A stretch of 44,711 nt of DNA, the filler included, from Jimgerdemannia flammicorona (lineage: Eukaryota): the NCBI GenBank assembly GCA_003990765.1. It is 2 parts of 2 records of this genome, joined end to end, with 100 filler letters (N's around TTAATTAATTAA, not from the genome) between each part and the next. Parts side by side here need not be neighbours in the genome. Positions count along the whole stretch, not along the records: positions 1 to 22,309 come from RBNJ01001306.1; positions 22,410 to 44,711 come from RBNJ01001307.1. One strand, 5' to 3'. The position numbers and the translations under genes were made by a program. The first letter of the stretch is position 1, and the number at the start of each line of letters is the position of its first letter. Positions 13,101 through 22,499 of the stretch are shown one piece after another. A model generated the notes under the pieces. It was not told where the DNA came from. It was given only the letters and a program-made list of their open reading frames with translations, and ran no database searches.

Positions 13101-13711
13101 CAAGTGGCTGGCAGGTGGCAGGGATTGGTGAGGAGTGGGACTGGGTAGGTATCTGGTCTTGGAGTGCTGAGGTGTGGAGGTGGCTTCCTCCCAAGTTCTG
13201 GGTAGTATGGTGGTAAATACTATGGAGGAATATTATGTTAAATTTTCATGCTGGGCATCTGGTGGATGGTGGCCATTATGATTGTGAGGAGTGTTACAAT
13301 GTAGGGCAAGTTGGGGGACTTGTGCAGACACCAAAACATTGGCTGAGAGAGTGTGAGATTTTGGGGGACTTTTGGATAGTAATAGAGAATAGACTGGGTA
13401 TGGGGCAGAGGCCGGTGGGTGAGAGAGGCTGCTGGGAGGACTTGAGATCTTGGCAGTATAGATGGAACTGGCAGGACATTGGCTTTTTGTATTTGAGGAG
13501 GGGTGGCAGATGGGACTACAGGAGAAGGTTTCATGGTGAGAGGAACTGTTGGGGGATCTGTTGACTAGATGGTAGGTGGGTTGGGGTCCTCAGGGTGGGT
13601 GACATTGTGGTTTGGTGGCAAGGATCTATGAGCAGAGTGGAGGGAGGGTAGTGATTGTGTTAGACAAAGTGGTCTTTCATCAAGAAGGGGTAGGAGGGGG
13701 GGCCCCCCTAG
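10115..13711 (+). pseudogene. LINE ORF2 (EN-RT-CCHC), disrupted; end approximate
   Basis: NIFSLNVNGL, DLFLLQDV, GGDFN, IDWIL, SDH (EN); NWRPIMLLDID, QGDPLSP, FADD (RT); CEEC...HWLREC. Confidence 0.92.
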
Positions 13712-13789
13712 GGGGATCAGATAGGAGGAGGGTTCACTGTATTTATATGGGATAGATAGATATAATAAGGAAGGGAGTCCAAGTAACTA

Positions 13790-13840
<51 letters not shown>

Positions 13841-13843
<3 letters not shown>

Positions 13844-14010
13844 AGAGTATTTATACTAATAAGAGGCTATCTAAACTATGCTAAATATAGATATAACACT
13901 CAGTACCTTGCTGAGTCAGAATTCAGTCACATAGTACAAGTGTAATAAGAGATTGTCTGACTACTGAGTCAGTTCACAGTTATATTATACAAGACTAATC
14001 TAACTATAAC

Positions 14011-14042
<32 letters not shown>

Positions 14043-15497
14043 TGTTTTACAGACTCAAAGTTATACAGATTTTTATTGGAAGGGAATCTAGACTATATAG
14101 GCCAAAACTCTCCTCTACCATACATCAAGTACTGCTCTCTTATTAAAATCTAACTATATTAATGACTACTAAGCTATCTATAAATTTAGATGCTATCTGG
14201 ATAGTCTTCAATGATATCACTATCAATGACATCATCTCAAATGAAGTAGTTATTTAGAAAGAGTAGTTCTCAGATTACTTCTCTCTATTTACTAAGATAA
14301 TAATATATTAAAACTTTGTTACCATCCTATAAGATAGTATCATTGGTCTTATATATTGGATAAGGAGTTAGTGGATAAAGGAGGGGTACATCATCTTCAC
14401 TTTTATCAGATTCACTGTCTGTATATCTTCTATAAATAACAGCACTATGAGTTATAGGGTTATAGTATATAGCTCATTTCATTCATACTTAAGAGGTGGA
14501 GTTATTGATTTAATCTTGAGGGTTATCTGTAGATATAGGTTGTATTCTCTAGTCTCTTTATTATGGTTGAAGTAATTGAGAGTAAATATAGATTGATACT
14601 CATATCAGTAGTCATTATCTCAATAGGTCTTGTAAGTGGTTATGAACTATTATAAGTTTATTAGTAAGATTGGTAGAGTGATCAAGGTTAGCAGAGATCC
14701 TTGGCTTAAGGTTATATTAGTATCAGAGAGATCATTATCTTCTGCTTTGTTATCATCAAACCAGATTATATTATAGATGTCCTTCATAGTATATCTAACT
14801 TGGAGTATTTGCAAAATGTGATCATTGGGGTATAGAAAGGTTTTGTCTGTGGTTTAAATATACTCAATATACTTGTGGTTGAGTTCTTATACCATATCAT
14901 CAATTTGGCCATAAGACAGAGTAGCAACTATTTCAGTGATAGTAACTTAGAGGTAGAGAATAAAGGTGCTATACTTGTAAAAGAGTTCTTAGTATTTATG
15001 AGCAATAAGTTTCTAGTATTAAGATATCTGGGTAATATCTATATCATAGTAGTGTTTGACTATATCTTCTAGGAGGCAGCTGATCTAATAGTAGTTTGAT
15101 ATTTGTCTAATACAATGGGTTTCACTAAGTATATTCAGAGTATTCCACAGACTTCTATGAAGTAGAGATATATCAGACTATAGATATTTATGAGGGTAGA
15201 GAAAGTGTGGCTTGATTGATAATAGTATTCCAAATATCAGTACAGATGCAGTTATAGATCTCAGTAATCATGGTTATATATATATTTAAGAGTTATAGTT
15301 ATTTGTTATAGTTTTCTGTTTCAATACATCTGTATATTCAGTATATATACATTTGATCCTAATTGGTAAGATTCTGTTTGTATAAATCTTGTATTCTATG
15401 ACTTTAAGTTGACTTAGCTTTATAATCTTATATGTGATTTTCAGATTTGTTCAGAGGTAACATGTGATTTCAGTGACTTGGAGATTATATGCTTACA
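13841..15497 (-). repeat. Older, AT-shifted inverted copy of the family-A LTR including the internal ORF, truncated at the LINE poly(A)
   Basis: Reverse complement aligns with 6050-7640; preceded on the minus strand by the PPT and 3' UTR sequence matching about 6000-6049. Confidence 0.92.
14009..14146 (-). mobile_element. Short poly(A)-tailed retro-insertion with 12-bp TSD
   Basis: T-run at about 14014-14038; AATCTAACTATA duplicated at 13997-14008 and 14147-14158; single copy at the equivalent site of the 6050 LTR. Confidence 0.85.
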
Positions 15498-15665
15498 ACT
15501 CTCTCCTTCTTAGCTTTCGACATCCTCATTGAGGTCTTCTAATTTTAGTCTAGTGTTGTTATACTATTTGGATAATCAAAAGTCTGGTAAAGTCCATTTT
15601 TCTCAGAAAGTAGCATACTTATAGTATAGTTTCCTAATATATTGAATTCATATATTAAAGGATCA

Positions 15666-15697
15666 TGTAAGAGGGTTACTTGTTAAGATAACCATTA
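15666..15697 (-). repeat. LTR-terminus fragment, inverted match to about 8080-8112
   Basis: TGTAAGAGGGTTACTTGTTAAGATAACCATTA versus reverse complement TGTAAGAGGGTTACTTTTTTAAGATAACCATTA. Confidence 0.75.
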
Positions 15698-17465
15698 TAC
15701 CTTTCTGACACTTATCTTTCTTCAGTACCATTCAGATTATATAATCTTTGGAAAGTACTTACAACATTGTTTTTTAGAGAAAAGAGACTAGCAATATAGT
15801 GACCAACAGACAATCTGAGGTGTGTACAGGGCAGGGTGGCCTGAGTGTATTCAACTGGCAGTATGTGGAGAGAGGTCCTGGCCTGAGGGGTAGTATGAGG
15901 GGGCTGCTGGCAGGAGGATGTAAAAGAGGAGGAGGTAGTGGTGAAGGACAGAGGTCTGGGAGAGCAAGCTTTGTAGAGATAGTAAAGAGGAGACAGCAGG
16001 TATCTGGGCTGGAGAGGTGGCTGAGAAAAGGTAAGAAGATAGGGAAGATAGCAGTATATGAGGGAGTAGCCCTTGGTGGTAGGAGCAGTAGAACTGGGGA
16101 TAGAGTGGCTGAGGTGAGCATAATGACTGATGGTGATGGGACTACTAATCTGGAAAAAAATCCAGATATGACTGTTAATAGTATGGCTGAGCAGCTGGGG
16201 CTTGGAAGGCAGGGAAATTTGGCAGATAGTATTATGGGCCTGGTGGTGGCCCCATTGCTCAAAAAATCAATCTTGGTATTTATAGTTACACTGTGCTTCT
16301 GAGGCCTAGTGGTGATGGTGAAAATGGTACTAGGGCTTATCACTAAGCAGGTAGCTAGAGTAGCATCAGTAAAGTTTCTGAAGAGATTGGAGGGTATGGA
16401 GGTGGGCTTTGAGGAGAATGGACCTTTGGAGGAGGTACTGAAGGCTGGATTGATGGTTAGGGAGATGTGTGTTCCAATGGCATGGTGCCTGAGATGGGAT
16501 CCCAGAGTGGTACAACTGCTGGTGAAAGAGATGCTCATGGTGATAATAGTGGAGATAAGAAGGAGAGTTGAGGAGGTCATGGTGGAGTATGGAGAGATGG
16601 TAGATATTAGATTCAGAGTCTAGGAAGGGACCTTGCTCAGAACTGGGAATGTTGATGTAAGGATTTAGCTAGCAGAGAAGGAAGCTACCAGAAAGGCAAG
16701 GAACTAGTCTTTGGTGATGGTCTGGGGGCAATTTTATACAAGATAATAAGGGTGAAGGGGAGTGAGAAGAAGGAAGAGGACTTATTAGAAGTACTGAAAG
16801 AGCTGAGTAGTACTATAGAGCAGCAGGTGCAGGCTTAAAAGACTTTTGTAGAGTCAACATACTTAGAGGTGGTGGATGGAAAGCATATTTGAGTAGACAA
16901 GGGGCAGTGAGAAAGAGCTCAGAGATATATATAAGAGATAGAAAGAGTTACTGACTAAGCTAGAGGGTAGACCACAGAAGGATATAAGAGAAATGGTAGA
17001 GGTGGGGGGTATCAAAGTGAGTGTCTGGGCTGGTGAGAGTGGCAGGAGTACAGGGAAGGAGACAGAGAAGGACAGAGAGGAGACTGGCAATGATCTGTAT
17101 ACAGATGGTATGTTTGAGGTCTGGAAGGAGGCCTGGGAGGACTTGCCTACCCCTACTCCTCTTATTAGATGAGGTCCAGCTTCCCAAAGCAGGGTGGCAG
17201 AGGATGTGCCTATGTAGGGGACCCAGCGAGTGCAATTTAGAGTTCCAGAGGTGGTAAATAGGAGACAAGTGGTGGTGGTTGGAGAGAAGGAACTAGTGGA
17301 TGTCCCAGAGGTGTGGGATGAGTCTGTGAGTGCTGGGGCTGACACTATGATACTGGATGGTAAGAGGCTAGCAACTCCTAGAGGGAAGGAGATGGGAAAC
17401 CTACTTTGGATATATAGGATAATGAATAATCTGACAGCTGAAGAGTTGGGAGAGGTGGATCTAAG
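15698..17465 (+). mobile_element. LINE copy 2, 5' UTR and ORF1 only, cut by the gypsy B LTR
   Basis: ORF1 fragments 15799-16302, 16309-16623 and 17230-17465 homologous to the other copies; 5' UTR shares ACACT.ATCTTTC..CAGTACCATT with copy 3. Confidence 0.9.
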
Positions 17466-17871
17466 TATAATGATTATAGTTTCTAAATGAGGAAATGACT
17501 AGTTCTGGGGGTTTTAAGTAGCTTGAAGAGATACTTAAGGATTCAAGTATTCTCAAAGGATTTCTAGGAGAAAAAATATTCTGAGACTTTATTCATAAGA
17601 ACAAAGGAGATATTTATACAAGATCTGAAAGAAGAATCCAGAAGGATCTGAAAAATCAAAGAAAAATGCTAAGAGAAAAGTTCTTGGCAAAGATGACAAA
17701 TGATGACAAATAAAGTTCTACAAGTTTCCAGGACATTCAGTGACTAGCTAAATAAGTACTAGTGGATACTCAGTACCAAGAAAGAATTTCTAAGTATTCA
17801 GAAAGTACTGGAAGATTGTAGAATATTGAGGAAAGATAAAGAAAAGAAATAAACTATGCTAAAATATTACA
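17466..17871 (-). repeat. 3' LTR of B1 (about 405 bp)
   Basis: Starts TGTAATATTTTAG on the minus strand after the PPT; aligns end to end with 20020-20422. Confidence 0.92.
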
Positions 17872-18182
17872 TCTCCCCCTCTTTAAGAATCAATGTTCTC
17901 ATTGAATTCTCAAAGTTATATATAATAAACAATAAGACTAAAAGAAACTTCAAACAAAATATATCAGCTCATTGGTAAGGACTAGTCATCCTTGTATAAG
18001 GCAATAGCCAAAGTGTCATCTTGATCAAATGAGAACTGGTTTGAATCTTATTGATTATAAGATTTATAGAGTTCTCCTATATCTCTTATTTCTGATACTG
18101 TATTCTTTAGAGTACCCTGATGCTTAATGTGCCTGATCAACAGTATGTCATCTACTATCTAAGGAGAGAACCTCATGGGCAG

Positions 18183-20019
18183 TCAATGAGTTTCTTTTTG
18201 CTCAAACTCTTGAATGAGGTCTTGAGAGTTCTTGAGATTAGTGGCAGGTTTACAGGTAGCATCATATTCAGAGTAATCTATCTACTTGACTAGGTATTCT
18301 GTGCAATGGTACTAGACTTGTTTATCTAAGATTTTCTCAACTTCATACTCAATGTAGTCTTCAACTATCACTGGTGTTGATGGTGTTAGAATTCAGCCAG
18401 AATATGAAGGTAACTGGTTCCAGGTCTTGAGTTATGACAAATAGAATACTGGGTATATATGCATGGTTGTTGGCAAGTTGAGGCAGTAAGATCAGGTGGA
18501 GACTTGCTTAGTGATCTCAAAGGGTCTAAGATACTTGGGCTGGAATTTGACTGACTGGTAGTTGACTTGAGATTGAGCCTTAATGTTGTTGGCTTTAAGT
18601 AGAACCATATTACCAATGTTGTATATGATATCTTACTGCTTCTTATCTGCATACTTAGCTTGATGTTGCTGAGCCTTTTGCAGGTTCATAGTGGTGATCT
18701 TGAGAAGGAAATCCATTTTGTTAATAAGGTTCTGGGCTGTGGGAACTTGTGTGTGACTGGATTGCTGAAATGAGACTAGGCTTACAGAGGTCTTGGGGTT
18801 TTGACTATAAAGTAGCTGAAATGGAGAAAGGCCAGTTGATGATTGGATAGCATTATTATAGGTAAACTCAGTATAGATCAGATAGTAGTCCCAATTATCT
18901 TGCTTATAAGATATATAGTTTCTAAGCATTTGTTCAAGTGTTCTGTTCATTCACTTAGTCTGTCCATTAGTTTGAGAGTGGAAGGCAGTAGACATAGCAA
19001 TTTGGGTTCCAAGGGTCTTGAAGAGTGCTTGCCAGAAGTAGCTTGTGAACTTGGGGTTGTGGTCACTGATAATTACTTGGGGAAGTCCATAATGGCAGAA
19101 GATAGTCTTAAAGAAGATTCTTGCAATTTCTAGGACAGTGATATTAGTTGTGGTTAGCTCGGTGATTGTAATCTTGGTGAGACAGTCTACAAATACAACA
19201 ATAGCATCATAGCCTTTTTTGGTTCATAGAAGTTGCACAATGAAGTCCATTGTGACTTGTTTGAACTTTTTGATTGGAATTAACAAGAGTTGTAGAAGAC
19301 CAGTGAGTACTTGGTTGCTTGACTTGTTTCTTTGGCAAAGATTACAGCTTTGGACATACTTCTTGATTTTCTTGAGTATATTTGGCCAGTAGTAGTCTCA
19401 TTGGATATTCTTGATGGTCTTCTCCATTCTAAGGTAACCAGCTAGTGGGGAGTCATGATGTTCAAGAAGGATCTTATACTGTAGTTCAGAGTTGGCAGAA
19501 ATATATACTTTGTCTTGATAGTATATGAGATTGTCCTTGATGGTGTACTTTTCCTTGAATTCCTTGGTGTTCCTTTGTAGAACCAGAGAGTCTTGTTCAT
19601 ATGCCTTCTTGATCTGATTGAGGAATTCAGGTACCATGGTAACTTGTAAAATTGTGACAAGATCAGGTCTGCTTGAAAGTACATCTGGTACAACTAGAGT
19701 TTTGCCAGACTTGTAGATGATATTTGGAGTAAAGGTCTGAAGTAGTTGACTCCACTTGGCTTATTGGTGAGAAAGGGTTGGTTGAGTGTTGATATACTAA
19801 AGGGACCTGTAATCAGTGATTATCAAACTCAACTCCTTCTAGGTAGTGTCACCAAGTCTTGAGGGCATACATGATTGCCAGGAGTTCCTTTTCATGAGTA
19901 GCCAGCTTTTGTTCTGCTAGGGACAATTTTCTTGACTCAAAGGCAATAGGTCAGTATCCTTGACCATCATCTTGAAAAATGACTGCACCAATGGTAAAAT
20001 TAGATATATCTGTAGTAAC
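18183..20019 (-). pseudogene. pol: Pol fragment (RNase H, integrase, chromodomain)
   Basis: Motifs as listed for B1; many stops. Confidence 0.9.
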
Positions 20020-20422
20020 TATAATATTTTAGTATAGTTTATTTCTTTTCTTTGTCTTTCTTCAATATTCTACAACCTTCTGGTACTTTCTGAATACTTA
20101 GAAACCCTTTCTTGGTGCTGAACATCCTCTAGTACTTATTTAGTTAGTCACTGATTGTCCTGGAAACTTGTAGAACTTTATTTGTCATCATTTGTCATCT
20201 TTGCTGAGAACTTTTCTCTTGACATTTTCCTTTGATTTCTCAGATCCTTCTGGATCCTTCTTTTAGATCTTGTATAAATATCCCCTTTGTTCTCATGAAT
20301 AAAGTCTCAGAATATTTTCTCTCAGAAATCCTTCGAGGATACTTGAATCCTTAGTATCTCTTCGAGCTACTTAGGACCACCAGAATTAGTCACTTCCTCA
20401 TTTAGAAACTAGAACTGTTACA
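20020..20422 (+). repeat. 5' LTR of B2
   Basis: TATAAT (decayed TGTAAT)...GTTACA, followed by the PBS. Confidence 0.92.
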
Positions 20423-20424
20423 CT

Positions 20425-20442
20425 TGGTAGCAGTGGGTGGTT
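20425..20442 (+). other. Primer binding site, initiator tRNA-Met 3' end
   Basis: TGGTAGCAGTGGGTGGTT, 2 nt after the LTR; resembles the complement of eukaryotic tRNA-iMet 3' ends (TGGTAGCAGAGGATGGTT). Confidence 0.85.
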
Positions 20443-20489
20443 ACACCTAGCCTTATCAAGATACCTCTCAAGATATCAGTCATAATACT

Positions 20490-21521
20490 ATGGAGGACAA
20501 TGGGTGGAACCCTTCATACAGTACCTATGGTCCAGACAATGCCTTATACAATCAGTACAATTAGCAAGAAGAAGAGGAACAGCAAAACCCTACTCAGTCG
20601 AATGGAGCCATCAAGAGTCTTTTGTAGACTGCATTAGCTCAGATTGCTCAACTTCAAGAATGCATAGAAAGAAAGGAAAGCAAGGCCCCCGCTCATACCT
20701 CCACACCTCCACTGACATCAATACATCTGACAGCAGTCACTATCAAGCCTCAGAAGCCCAATACTTTTGATGGTCAAAGAGGAGGACTGTCTACTGATAC
20801 CTGGCTTTTTCAATTGGAGCAATATGGAGAACTGACCAATTTGGAAGAAGCAACACTAGTCCAATTTGCCACTACACTTCTCCAAGAGAATGCTATAATC
20901 TGATAGTGAAATCATGTCCAGAATACCAGATTCTTTGGCCAAATCAAGACCTGGGGTGAATTCTCTGATGCTATTCAAGGCCAATTCAAACCAGTCAATA
21001 GCACTAAGGCCGCATGAGACTGTTTGACAAATGTCAAACAACCCAAGTCTGTACAATCATACAATGCATAATTCCTGTCAATCCTGCTAGAATTACTACA
21101 TGTCACTGAAGACAAGAAGGTTGACAAGTACATCTGAGGCCTGAAAGGTCAAACCCGAGTTTGTGTTGAACTAGAAGAACCCAAGGACCTAGATACAGCA
21201 ATGAAAATTGCTAATAGGTTTGATATCATCACCTATGGTCACCACTTTGAACAGAAGAGACCACCTTTCAACAACAACAACCACAGAAGGGAGAAACCCA
21301 AAGTCAGAACTGTTGGACCTGCCCCCATGGACTTAGACACTATCGACAAGAACAAGAAAGGCAAACTTACACCTGAGGAAACGGAGTGCCTCAAGAAGAC
21401 TGGAGCCTGCTTCTTTTGCCATCAGCCTGGTCACATTGCAACCAAATGTCCCAAGAAAACTGCTGAACCAAAGAGGATTCTGATCCTGTCCAAACACACT
21501 CAAGGTCAACCAGTTGAATAA
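20490..21521 (+). pseudogene. gag: Gag with zinc knuckle
   Basis: ATG at 20490; KPQKPNTFDG..DTWLFQLEQY, GPAPMDLD, CFFCHQPGHIATKC (21408-21449). Confidence 0.9.
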
Positions 21522-21536
21522 GAAGTTGTACTCAAT

Positions 21537-21937
21537 TTCATGTAAGTCAACCTCAAGGCCCAGATCCCTCAAGTACAGTCAGAAGGAGCCATTGGTTTAG
21601 ACCTTCAAGCAGTACAACAAGTCATATTCTGGCATATGAAAGAAGGCTCATTCCAACTGGCCTCTCAGTCGAAATCTCCAAGGAACATTATGCAAGAATT
21701 GCACTAAGATCTGGCCTCAGTTTCAAGCACTCATTGGATGTTGGTACTGGAGTCATCGACTCTGACTTCTGAGGTAAAATGCAAGTCCTGCTAGTCAACC
21801 ACAAGAACCAACCATATACCATCAATGAAGGAGACAGAATTGCACAGCTCATTCTGGAGTGAGCTACTCTACCAGTCATCAAAGAAGTCACCAAGCTGTC
21901 TTCCACCAAGCAAGATCAGAAAGACTTTGGCAGCACT
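21537..21937 (+). pseudogene. dut: Trimeric dUTPase domain, disrupted (one frameshift)
   Basis: GAIGLDL, RIALRSGLS, GVIDSDF*G, GDRIAQLIL, KDFGST. Confidence 0.92.
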
Positions 21938-21976
21938 GATAAAGTTGTAAGTATAGCTGAGAACTGAGCCAATTCA

Positions 21977-22309
21977 ATGCTCATCTTCAAAGGTCTAGTC
22001 AAGGGACAAGAGCTAGATGTTCTCATAGACAGTAGAGCTGTTGGGAACTTCTTCAATAAGAACCTCATCAACAAGCTCAAGATTCTCACCAAACCAGCCA
22101 GCAAGAATGGTGGAGTTGTCACTACAGATGGCACCACCCTACCAATTGACTCAATTGCTGCTAAACTTCCCCTCAAGATCCAGAAGTACTGGGAATGTTT
22201 AGATTTCGAGGTAGCACCACTAGGAGACCATGACCTGATCCTAGGCAAACCCTGGCTTACATGGCACAACCCTCAGATTGATTGGACCAAGAATGAAGTC
22301 ATCTTGATT
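21977..22309 (+). pseudogene. pol: Retropepsin-like aspartic protease
   Basis: VLIDSRAVGNF (DSG mutated), DLILGKPWLTWHNPQIDW. Confidence 0.9.
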
Positions 22310-22409
22310 NNNNNNNNNNNNNNNNNNNNNNNNNNNNNNNNNNNNNNNNNNNNTTAATTAATTAANNNNNNNNNNNNNNNNNNNNNNNNNNNNNNNNNNN
22401 NNNNNNNNN
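22310..22409. other. Assembly gap with artificial TTAATTAATTAA six-frame-stop linker
   Basis: 100-nt N block with the linker at 22354-22365. Confidence 0.95.
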
Positions 22410-22499
22410 TTTTTTTTAATTGTCACTTGGACTGCCCTTTATTACCGAAGTCTATAGTATTAATATGTAATACAATGTCACTCTCCCCCTCAACCAATG

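Larger units (their letters stand above)
8113..13840 (+). mobile_element. L1/Tx1-clade LINE, copy 1 (extreme 5' end missing), with poly(A) tail
   Basis: ORF1, then APE endonuclease, RT (GVPQGDPLSPILY, AFADD), C-terminal CxxC..H..C motif; A-run 13793-13840. Confidence 0.95.
17466..20019 (-). mobile_element. Ty3/gypsy chromovirus family B, copy B1 (3' half: RH-IN-chromodomain-PPT-LTR)
   Basis: Minus strand reads VTTDISNFTIGAV (RH), HHDSPLAG, MNRTLEQMLRNY (IN), EYEVEKILDK..EYLVK (chromodomain); PPT AAAGAGGGGGAGA at 17872-17884. Confidence 0.93.
20020..22309 (+). mobile_element. Ty3/gypsy family B, copy B2 (5' LTR-PBS-gag-dUTPase-PR), runs into the assembly gap
   Basis: LTR homologous to the B1 LTR, inserted inside the B1 RNase H in opposite orientation. 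Confidence 0.93.

Noticed and set aside
17885..18183. Possible coding extension after the B1 chromodomain
   Set aside because: Short, several stops, no recognisable motif and no second copy to compare.
22354..22365. TTAATTAATTAA palindrome inside the N run
   Set aside because: Artificial scaffolding linker with stops in six frames; adjacency across the gap is not guaranteed.
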